Assembly: GCF_001447785.1 (NCBI RefSeq)
Contig: NW_015169783.1
Coordinates: forward strand, 1,197,502 to 1,261,501
Reading direction: 5' to 3'
From: Gekko japonicus
Taxonomy: Eukaryota
DNA length: 64,000 nt
This document shows positions 13,709 to 26,699 of the stretch, in pieces. The first letter of the stretch is position 1. Each line of letters starts with the position of its first letter. A program made the translations under genes and the position numbers. The notes under the pieces are model-generated. The model ran no database searches and was not told the origin of the DNA. It saw only the letters and a program-made list of their open reading frames with translations.

Positions 13709-14706
13709 GTTGAAGTACAAACAAACAAAAACCGGAAGCACACGCAGTAGCTAGAAAAATGTGGCTTTTGAAAGGAGAAATCACAGTTCAGATTCCCTGC
13801 TCTGGGGTTAATACTCACCAAGTGGTTTTTTGGGAGCGTAATACAGTCACTCAAGAGAACAAAATGGGAGAATGTTATGGTGGCAGAACAGTGTTACCAA
13901 CCTCCAGGTGGGGTCTGGAGTTCTCCCAGAATTCAATGGATCTCCAGACTGCCAATATCAGTTCCCCCAGAAGAAATGGCAGATTCCAAGAATAGATTCT
14001 ACAGCATCACATCACTGCTGAGCTTCCACCCTCCCCAGGCACCGTCCCCAAATCTCCAAGAATTTTCTAAGCTGGAACTGGTGACTCTACAGTACGATGG
14101 TCTCAGCGCTTCAGACAGGAGGTGAAGGATCACATTATGGAAGCTGGAACTGCAACTGTATGGCAGAACAGTCTATCACTTCAGACAGCTGATGAAGGAT
14201 CACATTACGGAATCACATCCCTGCTGAGCTTCCACCTCCCCAGGCACCATCCCCAAATCTCACCATGTTAATAACTGCCTGGAAATAGAAAGCCAGCTGT
14301 CCAAGTAAAGTGCGTGTGGAGGAGCAGAGAAATTTTCTAACTGCTGCGCTAGCTTTCTACTTGCATGGAGTTTTTCCATACAAAAGAATGCAGAACACCC
14401 GTATGAAGCCATTGGTCTATCGAAGTCAGTATTATCCACTCAGACTAGCTGCAAATCTCAGGTGTAACCTTTCACATCGATTGGCTCCTTTCACCTGGAG
14501 ATGTTGAAGCCTGAACCTGGGACCTTCTGCACACCAACGCTCTCCCACTGAATGCTCTCTTCTCCCCTAAATATTCAAGATCGGAATCCCCTGCCCTTAC
14601 AATCAGTACATCCACTTCACCACCTTGGTGTCCTATCAGCTCATTCCCACCTTGTCGTCCTGCACGCACGAATCAGGGCTCATCACTCCCTCAAAAGGGT
14701 TGTTGC

Positions 14707-14870
14707 CACTGTTCCCTCTAAGCTAAGTTAGTGTGAGCTAGCTCACAGTTTTTTAGCCTCCGTCTCACACATTTATGCCGTAGCCAAATAGCTTGCTCAC
14801 AACTTTAGTGCCAGGAGCTCACAAAGTAGAATTTTTGCTCATGAGACTCTACAGCTTAGAGGGAGCACTG
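14707..14870 (+). mobile_element. hAT MITE family A
   Basis: TIR CA(C/G)TGTTCCCTCTAAGCT / AGCTTAGAGGGAGCACTG; 8-bp TSD gttgttgc. Confidence 0.9.
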
Positions 14871-15928
14871 GTTGTTGCCACTCCATTCCTTGGAGGAAGA
14901 CCAGGACAGAAACCTCGAGAGGCGCACAACCACCACCGATCTCTCACCCAGCCCACGGTCTGCAACCTCCGGGAGAGAGAGGAGTTTCGACCAAGAGGCC
15001 CTGAGATTCAACAACAAAGCCCAAAAGAGGAAGTCCGCAACAGATGCACATCCAAGTTTCAGATGCCGAAAAACACGAGAGGGGCGGCTTCCCCCCCCAA
15101 AAAAACGTATCCATGGTTGGCTGCCTCTAGAACCTCATGTCACAAGAGGAGAGAGTTGGCAAAGCTGGGATCCGAGCACAGGCCACCTTCCCCATCCCCA
15201 GCACCCTAAACGCTATGGGATAGTTCAGCCATTTGTAAAGGAAGAAAAAACACCCATCTGCTTAATTGACCCTTTAAAGAGGTGCTGAGATTCAGGCCTC
15301 TCTGCATCACTAACCCCAGGTGCAGAAGACAGTTCCTCAGTACTCTCTGCATGCTCAGAGATAATGCTGATCCCCGCCACTCTGACCCAAGTTTAACACT
15401 TTTATGTACTCTGACACCCTGGGTTGTTTTTATTGGTATGTTTTCACAGAATTGTTTGTATTCTACTTTATTTTATTGACTTGTCTTGTTTTATTGGCAA
15501 GATTTGTTTTTCTTGCCTTGGCCTTTATTTTATTGTTTTCATTGCCAGCCACTTCCAGCAGGCCGGGAGAGACAGCATATAAATTGTCTAAACAGACCGT
15601 GAGCCAAGTTTCACCTGCTCCTTTGTTTAGACATTGGCTAATACCCGAAAGGCCCTGACCTGGATAGCCTGATCTTGTCAGATCTTGGAAGCTAAGCAAG
15701 ACCTCCAAAAAGTACCTGAGTCATGACAGGGAGCCAGGTGATGGCAAACCACCTCTGAACGTCTCTTGCCTTGAAAACCCTATAGAGTTGTCACAAGTTG
15801 GCTGTGACTTGACGGCACTTTCCACCACCAATACCCGGGGTGGGGGGGAGATCCTCAAGCCAACATTTGTGTGAAACATTCCAAGCTGTCCTATGCCGGC
15901 TCACCTAATGCAGCATTGTCGATGCTAC

Positions 15929-16247
15929 TGTTGTGTATCCAGGGAAGTCCGTGCACGCGGTCGAGCCAACACGTGGTCAGGCGAAGGGCCCGAGCTTCGT
16001 GTCCAAAGACAATAGCCAGAACGGATCCTAGCACACACCTATCGGGAGCACACCTAGGATCCTAGAAGGGACCTATGGGTCTAGGGGTGCACTGTAAATA
16101 CCCTATCACGGGTGTGTGTGTGTGTGTGGTGTGATTTGGGACTATAAGCCGGCCTGCGAGCCGGCTAAAACATCTCAAGATCTTAATGTAACTAAATAAA
16201 GTATGAGCTGTAATCACTCTTCAACGCATCAGCCTCAGTACTTTATA
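15929..16247 (+). mobile_element. Solo LTR of the same Mag-like Gypsy family
   Basis: TGTTGTGTATCCAG...CTCAGTACTTTATA, colinear with the 3093-3408 LTR; 5-bp TSD gctac/gttac; internal TATAAG and AATAAA. Confidence 0.88.
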
Positions 16248-18339
16248 GTTACACTGCGGAGTGGGGCACATCCTTCCTTCGTTGGCCCTCTGAGATTCTA
16301 CAACTGGAGATGCTGCAGAGTGAACCTGGGTCCTTCCACCTGTCAAGCAGGTCCTCAACCACTGAGCTATGGTCCCTTCCCAATGAAGCACCTGGACAGA
16401 ACAGCTTAAAAACAGTGAAGGATTCCCTTATGCACCCAGCAATTCAAATCTTGGACCATTAGATTAAGGGCTTTTTTACTGCATGAGCTTGAAGGCACCT
16501 AGGAATCAACCTCAAAGTCTTGGGGGACCACTCCCCCCCCCCAAAAAAAAGAAAATCTCAGCTTTAGGCACACTAATCTATCAGCAGCCACATTTATGGA
16601 GAATAGATTTATGGGGAGGAGGGGAAAAAAGAGGCTGTGTTTTCTTGTTGAGGGATGGAAACGCACCCCGTATGAGCTCAGAAGTCACATCTTGTAGGGC
16701 CAGGGCTCTGCAAATTTTGCCAGCACTTGGTGGCTTGTTTGTTGGTGCAACTGGCCCCACCCCTCCTCCAAGCCTTCGGACACACGCATTTTCTCACTTC
16801 AGAATGGGTTTTGGAGACGCTTGGAGTCAGGCCAGGGAACCTGGCAGAGGATCAAGGCCTGTCTCAGAGAACTCCGGGAAGGGGAGGAGCAAAATCCCTT
16901 GCTGTCCGTTACCCCTAGTCACCCAACAACTATATTTTCGAGACCCCTGAGCAAGGGTTTGGGGGGTGGAATTCTGGCTTGGGTTAAACCCATCAATCTG
17001 CATTTTAAGATGTACAGACAGAGCTAGTCACCAACTCAAGTGGTGCTACCGGGTTTATAATTGAAAAAGAAAATGGAAAAACACACATTCGCTCCCTCCC
17101 TTGGAGCCCTGCTGAAGCAGAGCCAACTCTATTTTGGAACTGGTTCTCTCTTCCCTCTCCGTGTCTCTGGGACACAGAGATACAGAAAATCAAACACCTC
17201 CTGTCCAATACTGTTTTGTTTTCCTGAACAAATATGCATCACTGGTGAGGGTTATACAATACCCCAAAGGGCTGGCATAGAGTGCTCCTATAAAAAGATC
17301 AGAAACGGCTTTTGTATCAGATCTAATCCTCGGGGTTTGTCAAACAGTACCAAAGAAGAGAGAGACTCGGAGCATATGCAGAGACCCTTCTTTCCACCGA
17401 GTAACTGAAGCTTGGCAGTGGCCACTTCTTGGTAGGGCTTCCACTCTGGAGACACAGCTTAGCCCAGAGGGCCCCACCTTGAGTCCTTGGTGCCTCCCTT
17501 GAGACCCACCATCACCAGACAAGGCCTCTGTAATATGAGGCTAGATGGGACACGGGATCCCTACAAGGCAGAGGCAATGCTGGAGTACCAGCTCCTCTCT
17601 GTTAGGAAGGAAGTCGCTCTCCTGCATCCTTCATAAATATGTATGACTTCTCCAGCCAACTGGAGCTGGAAAAAGGGAGCTTTGACCCTCACACCACACA
17701 AACCTTAGAGGTGCTCCCAGACTTGAATGTTGCTCTTCTGCTGCAGACCAACACGGCTACCCTCCAAAACCTTCTCCAGCCAACTGGGGCTCAAAGCTGC
17801 TTACTCTCTCTTCCCCCTTCCCCGCCACTGTCTTGCCTCCAAGTCAAAATTTAAACTGTAAGCTCCTCGGGACAGAGACCAGTCTTTTTTAAAAATTACA
17901 TCACCACTCAGCTCAAATGGTGCCCAGTTTACGGCCACAAATGCATCTCCATGAAACTACATCAAAGAGAAAAATATATATGTCAGAACAGCAAAAACTA
18001 GCAGCTTCCTCTTCTTTCACAATGTAACAACAAAAATGGAACCAACTGAATGTCCATCGGCACAGAAAGACTATTCCCATTTCGCAGAAAAGCTTGGAAT
18101 GCTGGGAGAAGTTTTGCAGTTTGGGAGCCACAACAATTAAGGCCCTGACAGAGAAGGACTTTAGAAAGAATAAAACTTAATTCAGCAACTAGTATGAATC
18201 GGGTATATTTATATCATCTGTTATTTATTCAAGGGTGGTTTTTTTCCAATAATACATAGAAGTAACAGGCACTGACATTCTGGCCCCAGAAATCATACAA
18301 CCACTCTTGATCGGATAGGCCAAGGGCCTAGAATTCACT

Positions 18340-18660
18340 TCCACAGGAAGTGGTGGCGGCTACAAGCATGGACGGCTTCAAAAGGGAATTAGATAAGCAT
18401 ATGGAGCAGAGGTCCATCAGTGGCTATTAGCCACAAGGTATAGATAGGGACTCTGGAGCAAGTGATGCTCTGTCTTCTTGGTGCTAGGGGGGGGGGTCAA
18501 CAGTGGGAGGGCTTCTAATGTCCTGGCCCCACTGGTGGACCTCCTGATGGCACCTGGTATTTTTGGCCACTGTGTGATACAGAGTGTTGGACTGGATGGG
18601 CCATTGGCCTGATCCAACATTGGCGTCTCTACTCTTTGCGACTGAACAACATGTTCTTAT
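18340..18660 (+). mobile_element. CR1 LINE 3' fragment
   Basis: RT C-terminal remnant (FKRELDKHME) and 3'UTR ending ATGTTCTTAT. Confidence 0.75.
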
Positions 18661-20887
18661 CACTCTATTACAACAGACAGCAGGTACAGGGCAGAAGACA
18701 TCTTTTTGGATATGAAACCTCTCTGGACACAGAAAACCAGCAAGACAGATACACCAAGCTGCTCCCCAATTATTTGTTTACTACAAGCAGGGATTTGTTT
18801 TGTTCAAATGGGGACCTTCGGTCCGAAGTGGTACAGTCTTTAATTCAGCCATTCTCAAGCTACCACCTAATTCTGTGACTGTGGATTGGCTCTTCCAAAG
18901 CTGCCTCTCCGGTTTCCAAGATTTCAGTTTGTATTTTCCACACAACTATCTCTGCAGCCATAAGGGTTAGAAACTTTTTTTTAACTCACTAAAATCAAGA
19001 TTCTCAGTAGACTGAATTCTCCACCCTGTTCTGCATTGTATCAAATCATGATGCATGCCCAAACAGCACCCTGAATTGGACTCAGAAGTTGGTGGCAATC
19101 ATTAAAGCTAGTGAGCCACAGGGATTACACTCTCTTTGTTTACTCCTTGCTAAGTGACTTGCCTCTCTGCCTTTTCCAACTCAACATTCACTAGTATATT
19201 TTTATCCTGCCCTTTTTTCAAGGAGCTCGGGGAAGCATAGACAATCCCTCTCATCATCACAACAACCTTGCAAGAGAAAGTGATTGGCCAAAGGTCATCC
19301 AGCAAATTTTGTGTCAACTTTAACCTGGATTCTCATGTACCAGTCTGAGGCTCTGCCCACAATACCATACTGCGTCTCGTCACAGATACAAGGATGCATG
19401 CATGTGACCAAGTGGAAATGCTGGCCTATCAACAGGTAGAAGTTCAGCACACAAATCTGGAGTGTGTTGAGCCAAGCGCTGGAGCAGAAGTGCCTGCCTG
19501 CCCAACAGCAGGTATTGATACATTCTAATACTGCCACCTATAATTATTTGATGCATTTGTTTCTGAAATCATACAGTTGTTTCCCCCCAAAAAATACATT
19601 TCTTACGTGGAGCATCTAAAATGCAGTGAATGTTAACAACTGCAGACTAATTGTGGGTAACAACCAGAATCTCAGAGATATACTAGTGGATACTGACAGC
19701 CACCTACAACAGCCATTTGCCCCCACTTTGGGACATTAACAAATGTCACCTGGGATCATCAGCATTCACATGTAAATGTTAATGACTACATATTTTGGAT
19801 AACAGTGACAGCCACACACATTTCTTTCAAATAAACATATTCTCTGCCCTTTCCTGAAAACCACATTCCTGTTTGAATCTGGCAATAGATATAGGGCAAA
19901 TGAAAGGAAGGACTTCTTCAGAACACTAACATACAGAATTTGTTCCTACAAAGTTGTTCTATGGCTTTGGGTTGCCCCTCTGTATATATGAATATTCCAG
20001 TACAGAAGAACCTTTGAGAGAGCATGTGCGATAATAGGATTTGCTTTATCTCATTGTTACTTGCTACAAAAAATTAAAAATACTTAATGAAAAGACTGTA
20101 ACATGCACACTGCAAGATGTAACAGCAGTCATAAGCACAGTTGGCTGAAAGAAAGGTAATGCTGATTCGCTGATAGATTATCATACTCTACCACCCAAAA
20201 GAAAAGAACTTCCACACTCAAGAGGCAGTCAATCTGCACCAGACACTAAGACAAATGGCGGAGAATAGCAATCTCTATCACACTCCATGAGAGATTGCCT
20301 GACAATCATGCAAATTACCTGTCTTAAGCATGCAGTAGGAGAAAGAATTTTTGTGCCACTTGTACTTTTAAAGGCCAATTCTTCTCCCCCAAGACAACCA
20401 ACAGCACTGAACCCAAGCTGGGAGCCAGATCCTTCTTTCCCTCCTCTAAGCAAGTTAGAGGCATCTACTCAGTGGTGAGAGGGAATCACGCTCCAGAACA
20501 CTCTCTCCTTTATTATTGTTTCCACAGCTAGCACCGGGTATCAAAAGCAGGTGCTGCGGATACTCTACAGTGTACATTAAACTTCAAGGACAGAGGAAAG
20601 ATGCTGAGATGTAAATTGGGAGAAAGTCTGAAGGGTAAGGGCAATTCCCAAGGATGATTACACTGTGGAAGAAACAAAAAGAGGGGTCAAGAGCACCTAC
20701 ACACTATCACTGTCCTCCCAATTCTGACCTGCAACTCAATTCTGCCTGTGCCAGTAACAACCCAAACACTACCACACCCAGCTATCACCTCCGATCCCCC
20801 CCTCGACCCCACAGAATTTCGAAATCAAAAATTCCCTTACCTTCGATAGCAAAATAGCCCCCCGCCCATCCCGGTCCCAAACATTTC

Positions 20888-20903
20888 NNNNNNNNNNNNN
20901 NNN
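20888..20903. other. Assembly gap (16 N)
   Basis: Run of n next to a poly-C tract. Confidence 0.99.
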
Positions 20904-21082
20904 TCCCCCCCCCCCCCCCACTCAGGCCCAGACAATTATTTTTTCCTACATAACTGCGGGGCAACCCCCTTCCCGCAAAGAGGGGGGAGAGAGACCCAAC
21001 TGGGATACGGCAAGGAGAAAGAAAGGCAAGCTGTCACGGATCGGCAACAAAACGGAGGAAGGGAGGGAAGCCCGGCGCTCAC

Positions 21083-21089
21083 CGTCCAT
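21083..21089 (-). CDS. RELA: Probable RELA (NF-kB p65) first coding exon, ATG GAC G
   Basis: Minus strand gaccATGGACG|gtgagc within a CpG island; matches the 7-nt coding exon 1 of human RELA (MD-E), which is divergently oriented upstream of KAT5. Downstream exons not identified in the window. Confidence 0.6.
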
Positions 21090-21560
21090 GGTCGGAGAGG
21101 AGAAGGCGGTCGAGATAGGGGCCAAATGGTCCCCCATGACAGGAAGGAGGAAGTTCAGAAGGGGGGGGAGGCGATAGGAGGATCGGGGCCCAGGTGGGGA
21201 ACCCTTAATCCCTCCCCCTTCCAGCAACAGGAACGGCCGATCGGAGACCGGGGCGGGCGGAGAGGCAGAGGCGCGCCCGACCCGCGGCGGAACTCTGGCT
21301 GCACCGTCTGATTGCCAGGCCAGAGGAAACACCCCGGCCCACGTGACCCGCCGACAGGGGTCTCCCCGCCCCTTCTGAGAAAGCTCCGCCTTGCTCCAAG
21401 ATTCTGCGCCCTTCCACTGGCCCTCCTCCCCGCCGCTCATGCAAATCTCCCCCCCCCCCCCCCTTTGGTGTCGAAGACGTCACGGGAAGAACCCGCGGCC
21501 ATACGAGTTGCGAACTTGCGACCGAGCGCCCACTTGAGCCACTAGGGGGTTTGAGTATGC
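21090..21560 (-). promoter_or_regulatory. CpG island / probable RELA promoter and 5'UTR
   Basis: GC boxes (GGGCGG), CACGTGAC near 21340, GGGAGACCCC (kB consensus, minus, 21357-21366), ATGCAAAT 21439-21446. Confidence 0.6.
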
Positions 21561-21731
21561 ATGTAGCTACGGTAGTTACTTCATTTATAGAAGAAAGTTT
21601 GAGTCCATTGAAGTGGGCGTGCTCACGAAAGCTGGTTACCCAGGAAACATTTTTTGTTGGTCTTAAAGATGCCACTCGACTCAAACTTCGTTTTGCTGCT
21701 TCAGACCAACACGGCTATCCCACCTGCATCT

Positions 21732-24706
21732 TCTTGCTGTTGTTCAGTCACACAGTCGAGTCCGACTCTTCGCGACCCCATGGACCAGATCACGCCAGGC
21801 CTTCCTGCCTTCATCGTTGCATCGATGACACTGTCTAACCATCTCATCCTTTGCCGTCCCCGTCTTCTTTGACCTTCAGTCTTTCCCAGCATCAGGGTCT
21901 TCTCCAGTGAGTGCTTCCTTCTCATTTGATGGCCAAAGTATTTGAGCTTCAGTTTCATTATCTGGCCTTCCAAGGAACAGTCAGGGTTGATTTCTTTTAG
22001 GATTGACTGATTAGATCTTCTTGCAGTCCAAGGGACTCTCAGGAGTCTTCTCCAGCACCATAGTTCAAAAGAATCTATTCTTCGGAGCTCGGCCTTCCTT
22101 ATAGTCCAACTCTCGCAGCCATACATGACAACTGGGAATACCATTGCTTTGACCATGCGGACTTTTGTTGGCAGGGTGATGTCTCTACTTTTTATCATGC
22201 TGTTTAGGTTCGCCATCGCTTTCCTCCCAAGGAGCAGGCGTCTTTTAATTTCATGGCTGCTGTCACAGTCTGTGGTGATCTGGGATCCCAGGAACGTGAA
22301 GTCTGTCACTACTTCCACAACTTCCCCTTCTATTTGCCAAGGAGTGATGGGGCCGGATGCCATGATCTTAGTTTTTTTGATGTTGAGCTTCAAGCCCACT
22401 TTTGCGCTCTCCTCTTTTACCCTGAGCAAGAGGCTCTTTAGGTCCTCTTCACTTTCTGCCATTAGAGTGGTATCGTCTGCATATCTGAGGTTGTTGATCT
22501 TTTCCCCAGCAATCTTAATTCCCGCTTGTGATTCATCCAGGCCAGCATTTCGCATGATGTACTCTGCATATATATTAAATAAGCAAGGCGACAATATACA
22601 TCCTTGTCGTACTCCTTTTCCTATGCTAAACCAATCAGTTGTTCCATATCCAGTTCTAACTGTTGCTTCTTGACCCTTATACAGGTTTCTCAAGAGACAT
22701 GTGAGGTGGTCTGGTACTCCCATCTCTTTAAGGACCTGCCATAGTTTGTTGTGATCCACACAGTCAAAGGCTTTAGCATAGTCAATGAAGCAGAAGTAGA
22801 TATTTTTCTGGTACTCTCTTGCTTTCTCCATAATCCAGCGAATGTTGGCAATTTGATCTCTAGTTCCTCTACCTCTTCGAAACCCAGCTTGTACTTCTGG
22901 CAGTTCTCTATCCACGTACTGTTGAAGCCTAGCTTGTAGGATCTTGAGCATGACCTTGCTAGCGTGTGATATGAGTGCAATTGTGCGATAGTTTGAACAT
23001 TCCTTGGCATTGCCCTTCTTTGGGATTGGAATGTATACTGATCTTTTCCAATCCTGTGGCCACTGTTGCGTTTTCCAAATTTGCTGGCAAATGGAGTGCA
23101 GAACTTTAACAGCATCATCTTCTAAGACTTTGAATAGCTCAGCTGGAATACCATCACCTCCACTAGCTTTGTTGTTAGTAATGCTTTCTAAGGCCCATTT
23201 AACTTCACATTCCAGGATGTCTGGCTCGAGGTCAGTGATTATACCGTCGTGGTTGTCAAGGACATCGAGGTCTTTCTTGTATAGTTCTTCTGTGTATTCT
23301 TGCCATCTTTTCCTAATCTCTTCTGCTTCTGTTAGGTCCCTACCGTTTTTGTCCTTTATCATGGCCAGCTTTGCATGGAACGCTCCCTTGATTTCTCCAA
23401 TTTTCTTGAAGAGATCTCTAGTCCTTCCCATTCTATTGTTTTCTTCTATTACTTTGCACTGTTCATTCAGGAAGGCCTCCTTATCTCTCCTTGCTGTTCT
23501 CTGGAAATCTGCGTTCAGTTGGGTAAATCTTTCCTTTTCGCCTTTGCCTTTCGCTTTCCTTCTTTCCTCTGCTATTTGTAAAGCCTCATCAGAAAGCCAC
23601 TTTGCTTTCTTACATTTCTTTTTCTTTGGGATGGTGGTGATTGCTGCTTCCTGTACAATGTCACGAACCTCTGTCCATAGTTCTTCAGGCACTCTATCTA
23701 TCAAATCCAGACCCTTGAATCTATTCTTCACCTCTACTGTATATTCATCAGGGATGCGATCTAGGTCAAACCTGAATGGCCTCGTGGTTTTCCCAATTTT
23801 CTTCAGTTTAAGTCTGAATTTTGCAATGAGTAGCTCATGATCTGAACCACAGTCAGCTCCAGGTCTTGTTTTTACTGACTGGATAGAGCTTCTCCATCTT
23901 TGACTGCAAATTATATAGTCAATCTGATTTCGGTGTTGCCCATCTGGTGATGTCCATGTGTAGAGTCGCCTCTTAGGTTGTTGGAAAAGGGTGTTCGCTA
24001 TGACCAGTGTGTTCTCTTGACAAAACTCTGTTGTTGAATGGTTTGCCTTGGAATTGGACCAAAATCATTCTGTCATTTTTGAGATTGTATCCCAGTACTG
24101 ACTTTTGCACTCTCTTGTTGACTATAAAGGCCACACCATTTTTTCTATGGGCTTCCTGGCCACAGTAGTAGATATAATGGTCTTCTGAGTTAAATTTGCC
24201 CATTCCTGTCCACTTTAGTTCACTGATTCCTAAGATATCGATGTTCAGTCTTGCCATCTCATTTTTGACCACGTCAAGCTTACCTTGATTCATAGATCTT
24301 ACATTCCAGGTTCCTATGCAGTATTGTTCTTTGCAGCATCGGACTTTCCTTTCACCATCAGACACATCCACAACTGAGCGTCCTTTTGGCTTTGACCCAG
24401 CCGCTTCACTCTTTCTGGGGTTACTTGTACTTGCCCTCTGCTCTTCCTCAGTGGCATATTGGACACCTTCCGACCTGAGGGGCTCATCTTCTGGCATCAT
24501 ATCTTTTAGCCTTTTGATACTGACCATGGGGTTTTCTTGGCAAAAATACTGGAGTGGGTTGCCATTTCCTTCTCCAGGGGATCACGCCTGGTCTGAGTTC
24601 TCTGCTGTGGCCTGTCCATCTTGGGTGGCCCTCCACGGCATAGCCCACAGCCTCATCGAACCACGCAAGCCCCCTCGCCACGACAAGGCAGTGATCCATG
24701 AGGGGG
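21732..24706 (-). mobile_element. Full-length RTE-BovB LINE
   Basis: APE endonuclease start (IGTWNVRSMNQGKL, LGISEL); open RT frame (GVRQGCILSP, LRYADD; ORF 21701-23731); short CAA-like tail; TSD ACCTGCATCT at 21722-21731 and 24707-24716; internal deletion in the endonuclease near 24030. Confidence 0.95.
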
Positions 24707-26187
24707 ACCTGCATCTACTTTATTTATACTCAGACTTTCTCCCCAAGCAGGACCCAACGCAGATTACATCATTTACCTCTCCTCTGTTTTATTCTCACAA
24801 CAACCCTGTAAAGTAGGTTAGGCTGACAGCCTGTAACTGACCCAAAGTCACCCCGCAATTTTCCATAACAGAGTGGGCATTCGAAAACGGAGAAAAAGTT
24901 TTTTTTCCGCCTAGTCTGAAACTGGAATTGCTGCTATAATAAATAAAGAAAATAGTATATCAGTATCTAAAACTCGGCTGGTATAGCATAGTACAGAAGT
25001 CCCCAATGTGCCTGTCGACACCTTTTCTGGCGCCCGCTAATTGTTTTTAGGAAGTGGGTAGGGCAAGGTAAGACTTTTGCGCAATAAGACTTCTGATTGA
25101 CTATAAGAGATTGGCTGTGCAGTTTTTTAAAAAAATATTGCTGCAGCAGCAGCTGTCATCACAGCGCCAGGACGACACTGTGCTACTGCAGTTAAGCTGT
25201 GGCAATCATTGTGTGGCTTGCTCCGCCTCGTAGGGCAACCATTTTGCTGCCATGCCCACCATATTGTGTCAGAATTCCAAATGTGCCCTGCAGGCTCAAA
25301 AAGGTTGGGGACCCCGGCATAGTCGTTATGCTAACTAGGGATGCAGTTATAAACAGGCAAACAGCCTTCTAAATCCATCCAAGATTATAGGCTTCAAAGG
25401 GTATTCGAAGGACTGCAGCGGGAGCTACGAAACTCCCTGTAAGAGTTTGAGTCACCTCTGCCTTCAGTAGCTCCCAGGGAGCATAGGGATGCCAGCCTCC
25501 AGGTGGGGATCCCCTGGAATTACAGGTCATCTCCAGACTACAGAGTTCAGTTTCCCTGGAGAAAATGGCTGATTTGGAGGGTAAACTCTGTGGCATTATA
25601 CCTCACTGAGGTCCACCGCCCCCCAGCTGAGCGCAGACTATCCACAAATTGCCAGTTTTCCAACCTGGATCTGGCAGCCCTACACCCCAATCCGCTGCTA
25701 GTGGCCAGGGGCCATTCTTTCCACTTCACCCTGCAAACCACAGTAATACTGAGTTTCCTTCCTTGGTTTGTTGTTGTGAGGATTAGTTATACATAAGGTG
25801 CATTCTGAATCGCACTGTATATTGAGTATTTGATTAAAATTTATTTGCCTTTCTCATAGAGACTCAATGCAAGTCAATGCAATTAGTAGGACAAGACATC
25901 TAATAAGTTATGGGGGGACTTTAAGAAATTAATTACAAACATTTTCTACATCCTATATATTTAAGTTACTAATGTAACTTTAGTTGGCAATAAAATTGAA
26001 TTTCATTTCTTTTATGTCCTTCATTTATATCCCAACTTTCTTCCCTAGTTCTCCTTTCTCTTATTTAATTCCCACAGCAACCCTGTGAGGTAGGCTAGTG
26101 CAGCTGAAAATGTGATTGACTCAAGGTCACCCAGCAAGTTTTCATGGCAGAGTAGGAATTCAAACCTGGGTCTTTGAGATTCTAGTC

Positions 26188-26265
26188 TTTATTTATTTAT
26201 TTATTTATTTATTCGGGTATTTCTACCCCGCCCTACCCCGCGAACGGGCTCAGGGCGGCTTACAG
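26188..26265 (-). repeat. Short LINE 3'-end insertion with (TAAA)n tail; copies also at ~50848-50915 and ~51247-51310
   Basis: TACCCCGC.AAC.GGCTCAGGGCGGCTTACA core preceded by (TTTA)n in three places. Confidence 0.65.
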
Positions 26266-26699
26266 AGGCCTAAGCCATACATAAAATTCAATAAAATCAC
26301 AATCACAACCAATAACATAACATTAATAATAACAGTGTGCTATAATTCCAAGACACTCTAGCCACACTCTAGACACTCTAGTCTGACACTCTAGCCACAA
26401 CACCACACTAGCTCTCTTTAGATTGCTCAGTGTGCTGCAGGCAGAATAATGAAGATGAGGCTCTGTGCATGCGCAGAGTATCAGTTATTGCCTATGAGGT
26501 TCTCATCGTTTCAAAGGTGTGAGTGGAAAAGAACTGAGGTTTCAGACCAGCATCAGTCCTGAGCAGAGTTGAAGAAAGGAAACAGTGACTCTGTGTAATC
26601 TGAGATTTGCTTTCTCGCCTTCCTTTTGGGATATCTTTGGCAGCTGAAAACTCAGCAGGTACAAGGGAGCTGATCTGTATTTGAATAGGGTAGTATCCA

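Noticed and set aside
13870-14265. Local imperfect direct repeats (also 2381-2430 versus 2581-2665)
   Set aside because: Small duplications of repeat-derived sequence; no regular repeat-spacer structure, not CRISPR.
20946-21684. 164-aa and 159-aa minus-strand ORFs
   Set aside because: CpG-island read-through; only the ATGGACG|gt part is supported as an exon.
22125-23840. Long plus-strand ORFs (182 aa, 278 aa)
   Set aside because: Antisense shadows of the BovB RT frame; no independent protein features.
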